Shown piece by piece: positions 1-9,865 of a stretch of 64,000 nucleotides of DNA. Position 1 is the stretch's first letter. Each line of letters opens with the position of its first letter. Source of the stretch: a virus (Duplodnaviria > Caudoviricetes). The stretch lies in the IMG/VR virus record IMGVR_UViG_3300025000_000055; one strand, given 5' to 3'. The notes beneath the pieces are model-generated. The model was not told the DNA's origin and ran no database searches. It saw nothing but the letters and a program-made list of their open reading frames with translations. Made by a program: the position numbers and the translations under genes.

Positions 1-214
1 GATTGTATTTATATCAATCTTTGTTTCATAATTAACATTCATTAAATAACTTAAATATGATATAATACATTTAATATCTTTTTCTGTTCTATCTATTTTG
101 GTATTATATTTTAAATTATCGATTAAATTATCTCTTGAAAAAATTTCTAAATTATTTGTATTAACTAATTTTTTTAATTCTTCTTTAATACTCATTATTA
201 ATTTACAACTCCTT

Positions 215-643
215 TTAATGTAATATCACTATTGAACTATAGTCAATAAAGTTTACTTTAATTAAAAATTTAATATAATACTTTTTATTAATAAAACCTA
301 CTTCTATTTCTTCTATTATAGAATTACCCCCTTTATCTTTTAATATATTATTGATTATTTCAATAGTTGGATATTCATTATATAATATATAATCTCGTAT
401 TAATGTAATTGATCTATTTAATAAAATATTATTTACTATATTAGTTTCTTCACTAATTGGAAATAATATTTCTAAGCCTATTAAATAACCATCTGGTGTT
501 TGTATTATTTTTATATCCTCTTCTTTTGTTTTTCCTAGATTGATAAAGAAATTTTTAATCAAATTACTCTTAATATTATATATAATATTATTATATAAAG
601 AATTTATTAATAAATCATTGTTACTAGTATTTTTTATATTCAT
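215..643 (-). CDS. hypothetical protein (142 aa)
   Basis: ORF with GAGGAGG SD and a TATATTAT motif at 706-713 upstream; no recognisable domain. Confidence 0.7.
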   Translation of the reverse strand: MNIKNTSNNDLLINSLYNNIIYNIKSNLIKNFFINLGKTKEEDIKIIQTPDGYLIGLEILFPISEETNIVNNILLNRSITLIRDYILYNEYPTIEIINNILKDKGGNSIIEEIEVGFINKKYYIKFLIKVNFIDYSSIVILH

Positions 644-799
644 ATTATCCTCCTCTTATTTTAAGTTATTTATATATTTTTATATAATATATTGTAACTT
701 AATAAATAATATATAAATAAAATTTAGTATAAAGATATTATATCTTCTATTATGAAAATATAAGCTTTATACTAAATTTGAAATTATTTTTTTATATAA

Positions 800-1331
800 A
801 AAAATAGTGTAGGTCCCTCTCCGATGGGATATTCTCAAGGGAGCAATAGGGTGCTTCGTTATATATTAGTATAATTATTCTTCATTTATGAGATTTTGGA
901 GACAAACTAAATTTATAATTGTATTATTGTATGTTTGCATAAGAGTGTTTTTTTCATTTATATCTTTAATGTTATGCTTTATTTATATAACTTATTTATA
1001 TATAGTATATTTATTAATATTACTATTTAAAATTTATTTAAAATTAATGAACTTTATCTTCGTAATATTCTTACGTTTAATTCTTTGTTGTTAATTTTAA
1101 ATTAATCTTTTAGATTAATTGTTATTCTTTCCCTATTGCCCTTGAGCGATTTTCAATTATTACTTGTTCACACAAGTAATAATCTCAATCTTGGCCTACA
1201 ATTCACTCTCGTGAACGCCACCTTGATCCAAAATCGTCAATTTAAATTACGTAATGACATATCATTACAAATATAATTTATAATAACGATTTTGTGCACC
1301 CCTATATTAAATCAAACATAAAGATGCATTT
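800..1331 (-). ncRNA. candidate large structured non-coding RNA, class unknown
   Basis: GC-richer intergenic blocks; nested long-range pairings (834-851/1131-1146, 808-815/1193-1200, 1229-1237/1286-1294); two hairpins with GNRA loops on the minus strand; AACA-N6-TA upstream. Confidence 0.55.
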
Positions 1332-1342
1332 AATTATATGTT
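1331..1342 (-). promoter_or_regulatory. late-type promoter AACA-N6-TA
   Basis: AACATATAATTA on the minus strand, directly upstream of the structured region. Confidence 0.5.
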
Positions 1343-1372
1343 TATTTAAATTATTTTTTATTTGATAAAAAT

Positions 1373-2212
1373 TTAATAAAAAATAAAACCATTGTCATCA
1401 AATAATTTCATCATATTATTAATAAATTTTCTAGTCATTTTATCTTTTATTTCATAATTATTTTTAAAATATACAATGAAAATCATTGATAAATTTTTAC
1501 TATAATTATCTTGTAGTATTTCTCTAAAAGTTTTTCTCCTATTATTTTGAGATGTTTCATCCCAATTTTTTATTATTGAATATGAATATAAACCTAATTT
1601 TCTTTTACTTTTAGAAAAACCAGCTAAATGTCTAGAAAATATATAATTAGTATTAATATCACTATTCATTAATTTAAATTTATCAACTAGATTAATATAA
1701 CTATTTAAATAATAAGGTTTCTTTTTAATATTAACTATATTGAATGTAAAAAAGATTTCATTTAAATCTGATTGAGAAATAATTTTTTTATTTAAAATAA
1801 TACTATCTTCTATTATATATTTAGGATAGAAAAAACGTAAAACAGATAAGAAATTATCTAAAGATAAATCAATAATAGGTTCACCTATTTCTTTTGATTG
1901 TAAATTTATCTTAAATAATTTTTTATATTCATTGTCTTTAAATAAAGTAAAATAACGATTATTATTTAAATCCACATGACTAATCATATTATCATTTTTA
2001 TTTATTAAATATTTATCATTCATAAATAAATGAATAAATTCAATATCTCTTAATAAAGAATTAAATATAACATCTAAAGAAGGTAAACTATCTTTTAATG
2101 GCATTATAGTTATTTTATTATCTTTAATTGTATATCTCCACCATGTATAAGTTCTTCTAGTTAATCTTTTATAAGTAACAACTCTATCTAATATTGGATG
2201 TGTAAAATTCAT
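1373..2212 (-). CDS. hypothetical protein (279 aa)
   Basis: Long ORF, AGGAG SD, co-oriented with neighbours. Confidence 0.75.
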   Translation of the reverse strand: MNFTHPILDRVVTYKRLTRRTYTWWRYTIKDNKITIMPLKDSLPSLDVIFNSLLRDIEFIHLFMNDKYLINKNDNMISHVDLNNNRYFTLFKDNEYKKLFKINLQSKEIGEPIIDLSLDNFLSVLRFFYPKYIIEDSIILNKKIISQSDLNEIFFTFNIVNIKKKPYYLNSYINLVDKFKLMNSDINTNYIFSRHLAGFSKSKRKLGLYSYSIIKNWDETSQNNRRKTFREILQDNYSKNLSMIFIVYFKNNYEIKDKMTRKFINNMMKLFDDNGFIFY

Positions 2213-2233
2213 AATAAAACACTCCTATTAATT

Positions 2234-2671
2234 TTATAATAATATTTCCTTTGAATCTAATATATACATCATATGAATAAATTGAGATATTATCTCTCCA
2301 AGTAATTCACAATACATTTCCTCATCTTTCCAATAATAATTATTATTTACACAATTTAATGTATCTATTTTACTAATTTTTCTTATATATTGAAATATAG
2401 CATGACCACATTCATGTGTAATTATATTTATATTACATTTTTCTATAGGAATGAGCACTTCTCCAATTTTATTTAATGGGATATTACCTTTATATATCTC
2501 TAAGTCTCTACATATTGCGTTAAAATCACATTTTTCATATCCTCCCGTACTATTATAATAATTATACATTGAATCATGAGAATTAAATATAAATACTTCA
2601 TAATATTTATCAGTTTTTTTAATATGATGTGGATATATTCCAAATACTTTAATTAATCCATCAATAACCAT
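2234..2671 (-). CDS. HExxH zinc metallopeptidase-like protein
   Basis: ITHECGHAIF motif plus downstream acidic EEMYCE. Confidence 0.6.
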   Translation of the reverse strand: MVIDGLIKVFGIYPHHIKKTDKYYEVFIFNSHDSMYNYYNSTGGYEKCDFNAICRDLEIYKGNIPLNKIGEVLIPIEKCNINIITHECGHAIFQYIRKISKIDTLNCVNNNYYWKDEEMYCELLGEIISQFIHMMYILDSKEILL

Positions 2672-2697
2672 TTATAAACCACCCTATTATAAAAAAA

Positions 2698-2725
2698 ATA
2701 AAGAACTTATTAGAAAGTTCTTTAT
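2698..2725 (-). terminator. hairpin terminator
   Basis: ATAAAGAACTT/AGTTCTTTAT stem with a T-run on the minus strand. Confidence 0.55.
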
Positions 2726-2736
2726 AAACTAAAAAG

Positions 2737-3336
2737 TTAATATATATTATTCCATATATTTATAGCTCTCAATCGTAATTCCATTGAAATATTAAAGAAG
2801 TAGGAATCACTTAAATTTTCTTTAAATAAATTGAGGTATTTAATTAAACCATTTTTCATATTACACATAAGAACCCATTGGTCTGCTGTAATTTCTCTCT
2901 GTATTGAAGAACTAAAATTTTTAGATAATTTAACACTATCATCTAAAGATGGAATTTTCTTATTTATTTCCATCCATTCAACTAACTCAGGAATTGCTAA
3001 ACCTTCTACATTCATTTCAATATGGCCAATTTCATGGGCTATTATTACATAAGCAACTTCTAAATCACTAAAAAACTTTATTACATCATATACCAATATG
3101 ATATAATCATAATTTACTTTATTTGCTTCAAATATTGTAGTCAATACCCTACTATCGATAATGTCTGTATCAATATACTTGGTATCTTCGATTAAATGCT
3201 CAGCAATTAATCTTTCCTTATTTTCAACCAATAATAACCTTAAGGATGTTTTAAAGAAACTACTATTTAATATCATTCCATTATCAGGATTATTGGGTAA
3301 ATTAAGTTCTATTGCTAATTGTTGTAATTGATTCAT
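2737..3336 (-). CDS. HExxH zinc metallopeptidase (M48-like)
   Basis: IIAHEIGHIE and REITADQW (HExxH...ExxAD pattern). Confidence 0.65.
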   Translation of the reverse strand: MNQLQQLAIELNLPNNPDNGMILNSSFFKTSLRLLLVENKERLIAEHLIEDTKYIDTDIIDSRVLTTIFEANKVNYDYIILVYDVIKFFSDLEVAYVIIAHEIGHIEMNVEGLAIPELVEWMEINKKIPSLDDSVKLSKNFSSSIQREITADQWVLMCNMKNGLIKYLNLFKENLSDSYFFNISMELRLRAINIWNNIY

Positions 3337-3507
3337 ACTATTTCTCCCCCTAATTAATATATCATTATTTGATATATTATAATAAGTATATTTATTCCCC
3401 CTATTAGTGGAATAATATTTATTACTATATTAATAATATATACTTAATATTAATAGAAATACTAAAAAAATAAATACCTATATAATTGTAACATATACAT
3501 TTATTAT

Positions 3508-3669
3508 TTATTCAACTTCATTAAATTTAATATCTACTGCTATATAATCAGTTCCATTTTCAATAACTTTATAAACTGTACCAGAACATATGGTATATAG
3601 CTTTTTTACCACTTCTTTAAAGTATTCATCTCTATTTTTATAACTAAAAGCAGAATGATCTGAATACAA
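3508..3669 (-). CDS. small hypothetical protein (53 aa, TTG start)
   Basis: Read by hand; TAAGGA upstream of TTG; fills the gap between terminator and next gene; below the ORF-track cutoff. Confidence 0.35.
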   Translation of the reverse strand: MYSDHSAFSYKNRDEYFKEVVKKLYTICSGTVYKVIENGTDYIAVDIKFNEVE

Positions 3670-3723
3670 AACATCCTTATATGATAATCTTTTTATATTA
3701 ATATAACCTTTATAAAAAAAAAT

Positions 3724-3755
3724 ATAAAGGTTGTTAAATATTTAACAACCTTTAT
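3724..3755. terminator. 32-bp perfect palindrome, probable terminator
   Basis: ATAAAGGTTGTTAAAT|ATTTAACAACCTTTAT just after the stop of 3776-4204. Confidence 0.65.
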
Positions 3756-3775
3756 TAATAAATTATCATACACTA

Positions 3776-4204
3776 TTATTTATAGTTTAAATCACCTTCT
3801 TCCTGCTCTTCAATTGGAATAGGACAAGGTACAAAATAGCTCTCATTAAGAGTATGGATATTTAAACCCTTACATAAAAATTTACCACGTTGTCTAGCTG
3901 AAGGGATATTTACAAATTCAATAATTTTAAAACCGGAACGTAGAAGTTTCAATGCATAATTTATAGGAGCGACAATACCTATAACTTTACATTTTGTAAC
4001 CTCTTCTATCTGTTCAACAATATTATCATTAAAGATAATAGTGTGCTTTTCATGACTTGTAATACCCACACATTGCAAAGTGGCAATCTGCCCATTAGTT
4101 AATTCATGTTGACTAAACCAATGGAGTTTTTTCAAATTCATAGAGTCAATACAATTATTAAATGGTTTACTACAATCTTTTTGAAACTTACTACATATAA
4201 ACAT
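3776..4204 (-). CDS. hypothetical protein (142 aa)
   Basis: AAGGGGG SD, protein-like composition. Confidence 0.75.
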   Translation of the reverse strand: MFICSKFQKDCSKPFNNCIDSMNLKKLHWFSQHELTNGQIATLQCVGITSHEKHTIIFNDNIVEQIEEVTKCKVIGIVAPINYALKLLRSGFKIIEFVNIPSARQRGKFLCKGLNIHTLNESYFVPCPIPIEEQEEGDLNYK

Positions 4205-4223
4205 TTTTTATCCCCCTTATTTT

Positions 4224-4439
4224 TTATTTAGGTTTAATAGTTAAATAATTTTTATCTATTCTACATTTATTTATTTTGGTTGTTAAATTATATTTATCAC
4301 TATCACTACAACGATAAATATAATACACAACATTTTCTAAAGAGGCTCTTTTTTCAGCCTCTATTAAAACTTCACATAAATCAGTAGAAGAAACATTTTT
4401 CTTTCTTCTATAATTTTTACCTAATAAAGAGAACTTTAT
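4224..4439 (-). CDS. hypothetical protein (71 aa) with ATA start
   Basis: Open frame read by hand; GGGGTG SD 6 nt before ATA; TATATTAT at 4471-4478. Confidence 0.45.
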   Translation of the reverse strand: MKFSLLGKNYRRKKNVSSTDLCEVLIEAEKRASLENVVYYIYRCSDSDKYNLTTKINKCRIDKNYLTIKPK

Positions 4440-4505
4440 TTAAATCACCCCTATATTATTATATTACTTTATAATATATATTTATAAGGGTTAAATAAAC
4501 TAAAA

Positions 4506-4910
4506 TTAAAGTGATAAAATTTTTAAATAATTTTCAAAAGATTTATGATCTAATAATAAAGCTAAGTTATCAAAATTATTATTAATAATATCCGTTAATT
4601 TCCAATCATCTATACGAATATTATAAAAAGTTCTAGAATACAATACAAAATCAGCATAATCACCTTTTTTAAGACTATCTAAAGATATAATTTCTGTACT
4701 AAAATTATGAAAAGATAAACCGTTAATATTATCATTAATTTTACTCATAGATAAAGATGTAAATCTACTAAGTAAAATATTTGCAAGTTTACTACTACAT
4801 TCAGGTATATATTTTATTTCTCGTTTACTGAGTTTCATTTCTCCACTAATACATAATTGATTTTCATTACTAAAAACAACTTTAGTATTTCTAATATACA
4901 TTGAATTCAC
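4506..4910 (-). CDS. hypothetical protein (134 aa)
   Basis: AGGAG SD; TATATTAT at 4941-4948. Confidence 0.65.
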   Translation of the reverse strand: MNSMYIRNTKVVFSNENQLCISGEMKLSKREIKYIPECSSKLANILLSRFTSLSMSKINDNINGLSFHNFSTEIISLDSLKKGDYADFVLYSRTFYNIRIDDWKLTDIINNNFDNLALLLDHKSFENYLKILSL

Positions 4911-4960
4911 TCCTATTCCTCTATTTTATTTTTCATTATAATAATATATATTCTTATTCA

Positions 4961-5644
4961 TTAATATTTTTTTCTTCCTATGTACATTATTAGACCATAA
5001 TACCCACCTGTCATTCTTTTTGGTTCTTTTATATATAGATCATTTAATGCAATAATTTCAAAATCACTAAAATATTTTTTCATTTCATTTTTAGTAATAG
5101 GTATTTGTTTAAAATTTAAATAATTAATATCATTTTTTGATAATTCCTTATTTGATAACATTTTATTTTTTTGATTAATATTAAATATTGGATCATTTTC
5201 AGAAAGTGTATTAATAAGAACTATCCCATTATAAATTAAACCATTCTTAATATTATTTATAAGTTTTTCAATATTATTTTTTGATAAATAAGATATTGTC
5301 ATTGAGCATATAATTAATGAATATGTATTTATAGGTATATTAAAAGATGTTATATCCTCTGTTTTAAATACACATCTAGAATTACGATATTTGTTTTCAA
5401 GTTCCTTAATTATAACATTAGATATATCTATACCTTCAATTGAAAATCCATTTTTTAATAGAAAATCTACGTTTCTACCAATACCTATTCCTAATTCAAG
5501 TACTTTTCCTATAGGAATATATTTTAAATATTCTTGTAATAATATATCTGGAATAGGCTCAAAATAATGATTCCCAGTAGTATAAATATTGTTATAATGG
5601 TTTTTAATATTATTTATTTCATTTCCATCTGATAATGAAAACAT
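4961..5644 (-). CDS. class I SAM-dependent methyltransferase
   Basis: VLELGIGIGRN motif I, GIDIS acidic motif, YSLIICSMTISYL, NGIVLI. Confidence 0.85.
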   Translation of the reverse strand: MFSLSDGNEINNIKNHYNNIYTTGNHYFEPIPDILLQEYLKYIPIGKVLELGIGIGRNVDFLLKNGFSIEGIDISNVIIKELENKYRNSRCVFKTEDITSFNIPINTYSLIICSMTISYLSKNNIEKLINNIKNGLIYNGIVLINTLSENDPIFNINQKNKMLSNKELSKNDINYLNFKQIPITKNEMKKYFSDFEIIALNDLYIKEPKRMTGGYYGLIMYIGRKKY

Positions 5645-5695
5645 TGAAAACAGCTCCTTTTAAATTAAATTTTTTTCTCTAATTAAAAGTTGTTG

Positions 5696-5914
5696 AACAA
5701 ATAATTAATGACTAATTTTATTAAATTTTTCAGGAGGTTATTGATGACAAATGGTTGGACATCTGCTCAATAATAACAAACCTTTAACCTTACTTAATTC
5801 TAAGTTATTAATTTAGAATGTAAGGATTATTTTTTACCACACTCGTATGAGTAAAATACCTGTTCACCAACATCTTTATAATAAAAAATTATAAGGAAGG
5901 GTTGGTGAACAGGT
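5696..5914 (+). promoter_or_regulatory. structured 5' leader of the RNAP beta gene with two late-type promoters and a uORF
   Basis: AACA-N6-TA at 5696-5707 and 5869-5880; AGGAGG + MTNGWTSAQ* at 5744-5773; 13-bp inverted repeat 5858-5870/5902-5914 covering the SD region. Confidence 0.5.
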
Positions 5915-5915
5915 T

Positions 5916-8834
5916 TTGATTTTTATTTCAGATATACCTCATCTTAAGACTTATAAACAAAAAGTTTTACTACCTAAAGATGAAAAATACCCTAGTATTA
6001 ATAGTGTTGTTTTTATCAATAATAATACTATAGAATCTTCTATAGAGTTATTAAAACATGAATTTATTAAAAATAGTAGTATGTATCATTTTTATTTTAT
6101 GGACCAAATTTATAGTGGTAAATTATTTAATAGAACATTTAGGATTTTATACCGTAAAGAAAGAACTGATATTTATACTAATATAGAAAAACAAGTTAGA
6201 TTTATACAAACAGTTACAGATTTACCATCAGTAAATAAAAAAAATATATATGTTGATTTAATAAAACATAATACTTTATTTTTTGAATTAAGTAAGAAAG
6301 TTAATTTTGGAGTTAGAATTAAAAATTATATAAGTTATTTAGATAACTTAATTAATAATAGTCATTTTAATCAATACAAATATAAAACAATTTGTATTGA
6401 TATTAATAGTTGGATTAACGACGTGGGAACCCAAATAAAAGGTAAATTAAATTTTGATAATCCTATATTTATTATTTATTACTGTATGTATAAATATTTT
6501 GATAAATTTATAGAATTAGGAAATATTAATATTATCTTTTATACTAATGATAGTGTATTAAGATTAAATCCATCATTATGTGATAAAAATTCATATTCAT
6601 TATTTAAGAAAGAGATTATGAAATCATCTCCTAAAAGTTTATTGGATATGGATGAAGAAAATATTGAAAAAATATTAAAAAGAAAAGAAATTGCAGATAA
6701 AATGATAGGATATCTTAATGACCAACATAGATTTATTGGTGATAATAAAACTGAACAAGATGATGAATTTGAAAATAGTATTGAAGAAAAAGTTGATGAA
6801 ATAATTGATGCTAATAAATTAGATGATTCTAATAGTGAAGAAATATATAATAAAGTTTCATCTACTATTATTAATGATAATGAAATTATAAAAAAAATTC
6901 ATATGTTGAATCAGGAGAAAAAAGTTGGTAGAAGTACAGCTTCTATTAAAAGGGATGAAGAATTAAGAAATAAGCAGAAAGAAATAATAGAAGATAAAAT
7001 GGGAATATATATAGATAATATATATGAAACTACTAATAAAGAACAACTCGATATTCCTAAATTTGATGTTTCTGATAAAGTTAATACTACTAATAAAAAT
7101 ATAACTACTATAAGATATCCTCATTTTGAAAAGGCATATAATGAAGTTCTTCATGAAAAAGATTTACTTAATAATATAAAGTTTTTAAATGAAAAATCTA
7201 TTCCAGTTTACATCAGGAACATAGAACACATTGATTCTTCTGATGAATTAAATTTAAAAGAAACATATACCTTTGAATTAGAAGATGAAAATAGAGTTAG
7301 ACATAAATTAAAATTCGATGTACCTAAATTTATAGATGATAAATTTCTATATTTAGGTGGAAATAAAAAGATTATTATGAAGCAATTATTTATGAAACCT
7401 GTTGTTAAAACAGGTCCTGACGAAGTACAAATTTGTACTAATTATAATAAGATGTTTATTAGACGTTATGGTACTAAAATATCATCTAAAATAGAAAAAA
7501 TGAGAAAATTATTATATGAACAAAAAGAAGGTATTAAAGTTAAATATGGTAATAATTTATCTAGTAATAATAAATATAATACTACTATAGAATATGATGA
7601 ATTATCTAAAAGCTTTACTTATATTCGTATAGGTAAAACTGAATTTTATTTTAATCAAGATGATGTTATTAATATGATTACAGATAAAAAAATAAAACTT
7701 AATGAAAATGAATTATTAATAGGTTTTCATGATAATGGTAAAACACCAATACCTATTATAGTTGATATAAATACTCAAAGAATCGGTACATCTTTTGATA
7801 TAGTTGGTTATATACTTTCTATGTTGACTCAAGGTTTAGTACAAGATTTTGATGATATTAAAAGTGGTAAAAAATTCGTATATACTAGAGCTTATATAAT
7901 GCAAAAACATGTCCCTGTAATTTTATTAATTTCATTTCTAGAAGGTTTATCTACAGTAATAAAGAAAGCTAATATAAAACATTACTTTTCAGATAAGAGA
8001 CCTAAAGACATAACTAGTAATGAGGGAATAATTCAATTTAGTGATGGGTACTTAATTTATGATAAGTATCCATTTGAAAACTCTTTATTAATGAATGCAT
8101 TTGCCGATATTCCTACTAAAACTTTTGAATATAGTGAATTTGATTCAAAAGATGTTTATTTATCTTTATTTGATACTCTTTATAATAGTAGAATAATTGG
8201 TAATGCTTTTCTTAATTCATATGAATTTTTAATTGATCCTATTACAAGAGAAGTGTTACAAGATTTAAATTATCCAACTGATTATGTTTCTTTAGTTCTA
8301 TATGCAAATTCATTATTGGCAACTAATTCGTATATTAAAGAGAATAATATGAATCTTTATAGAATAAGATCAAATGAATTAGTTAATGCTTTAATATATA
8401 AAGAAGTTGCTAACGCTTATATTAAATATAGAACTACTTCTTTAAATAATAATCCGGTTAAAATATCTGTACCTCAAGATATCATTATTAAAAAATTACT
8501 GGTTGCACAGACCGTGGAAGACTACAGCACATTAAATCCTATTGTTGAAGTTGAGAAATCAAGAGTTATTACACCAAAAGGTCATTCAGGTATGAACTTG
8601 GATGAAGCCTATACACAAGATAAAAGGTCATATGATAAAACAATGTTAGGTATTTTAGCAATGTCAACTTCACCAGATTCTTCATGTGGTGTAACCAGAC
8701 AATTAACCTTAGAACCCAATATAAAAAATCCAAGAGGGTATATTGATATAAATGATGATAGACTTGATAAATTAAAAGATGTGAATTTATTTTCTCCAGC
8801 TGAATTATTGTCTCCTTTAGGAAATACACGGGAT
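5916..8834 (+). CDS. rpoB: phage multisubunit RNA polymerase beta-like subunit, exon 1 of 3 (spliced 5916-8834, 9614-9865, 10988-11932; 1371 aa; probably the virion RNAP)
   Basis: Beta motifs FLYLGGNKK and NPIVEVEKSR; splicing restores RD|DSIRTAM (DDANRALM-like); size and position next to the tape-measure gene resemble phiKZ gp178. Confidence 0.88.
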
Positions 8835-9613
8835 GAGTTGCTATTGTCCCACTATATAGAAATATATAGTTAAAAACTCTTCTAATTGTCGGGGACATCC
8901 TTATTGCTCTTATTACCAAATTATATTAGTAATAATATAATGGCTTAATCTAATCAATTAAGGTATGGTAACAAGATAAGAGATTGGGTAATCCGCAGCC
9001 AAGTCTCATAGTATAAAAAAATAAAAAGAGTTAAAAATTATAACTCTTTTAAATTAATTTTAACAATATTCTTTACCTTTTATTACATGACAAAGATAGT
9101 TATGGATATCACGAAGTTCTCTTCTAATATATAATTTATGTATTTCTCCAGTACCATCATATAATTCATCATATAATAAGAAGGTTTCTTCGATATAATA
9201 TCTAAAAAGTTCTAAATTTTTACGAGTAACAAATTCATCTGTTGCTCTTTCTTCGTTATTGTTATATTGCTTTAAGTCATTGGTGAATCTTTGTTCAAAG
9301 AACTTTTTAGTTATTTCTATAGATTCTTTGGAGATACAATCTGGATCTAATTCTTTGATACCATTCATTAAAATATCTTTGTAGGTAACTGACATAAAAA
9401 TCATTCCTTTCTTTTTTATATTATATAAATAATATATAAATGAAAAATAAAATTATACTATGAGAAAGGTTCAAAGACTATCGAAAGCATGTTTATTATT
9501 TAATAAACAGAAGTGAGTAGAGTAGGGGAAACCCCAAACGGAGAGCATCTAAACACGTAATGGTGAAGATGATGATATAGTCTGTCACTTATGGAAATCA
9601 TAGGTGGTTTCTG
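8835..9613 (+). mobile_element. group I intron 1 in the beta gene (779 nt)
   Basis: Exon ends in U and intron in G; P1 GGGAU/GUCCC with U-G wobble; AATTGTCGGGGA and ATCCGCAGC core elements; P7 GACTAT 9476-9481/ATAGTC 9577-9582. Confidence 0.92.
9060..9404 (-). CDS. antisense hypothetical protein inside intron 1 (probable start 9395, 111 aa)
   Basis: AAAGGA SD 9405-9410; TATATTAT 9429-9436; hairpin 9023-9051 with T-run downstream; no nuclease motif. Confidence 0.7.
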   Translation of the reverse strand: MIFMSVTYKDILMNGIKELDPDCISKESIEITKKFFEQRFTNDLKQYNNNEERATDEFVTRKNLELFRYYIEETFLLYDELYDGTGEIHKLYIRRELRDIHNYLCHVIKGKEYC

Positions 9614-9865
9614 GATAGCATAAGAACAGCGATGAGTGTAAAACAATCAAAACATATAGTTCCAGTAATAAAACAATCACCAGTTTTATTATCCAATGGA
9701 GTTGAACAAGTTATTCATTATCATTTGTCAGACGACTTTACAGTTGTAGCTAAAGATGATGGTGAAGTCGTTGAAATAAATAAAGAAACTGGTTTAGTTA
9801 TTATTAAATATAAAAATGGTGAAACGAAAGCAATTGATACAAGTCCAAGAGTAGTAAAAAATGGT
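9614..9865 (+). CDS. rpoB: RNAP beta-like subunit, exon 2 of 3
   Basis: DSIRTAMSVKQSKH...SPRVVKNG; in frame with both flanking exons. Confidence 0.9.

Noticed and set aside
888-1094. 68-aa plus-strand ORF
   Set aside because: No SD, low-complexity Ile/Phe/Tyr composition; it lies on the opposite strand of the AU-rich loop of the RNA candidate
800-1331. tmRNA, RNase P or SRP identity for the structured region (GGGGTGC near its 5' end)
   Set aside because: No GGATTCGAC D-loop, T-arm or CCA end; no GAGGAAAGTCC; no SRP GGAA domain
5650-5915. SAM riboswitch ahead of the methyltransferase
   Set aside because: Hairpins are present but SAM-I core motifs (AUC..GAGGGA..GGCCC..GCAACC..GAU) are absent
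8569-8919. 116-aa antisense ORF across the exon 1/intron 1 junction
   Set aside because: Shadow of the coding strand; no SD or promoter motif
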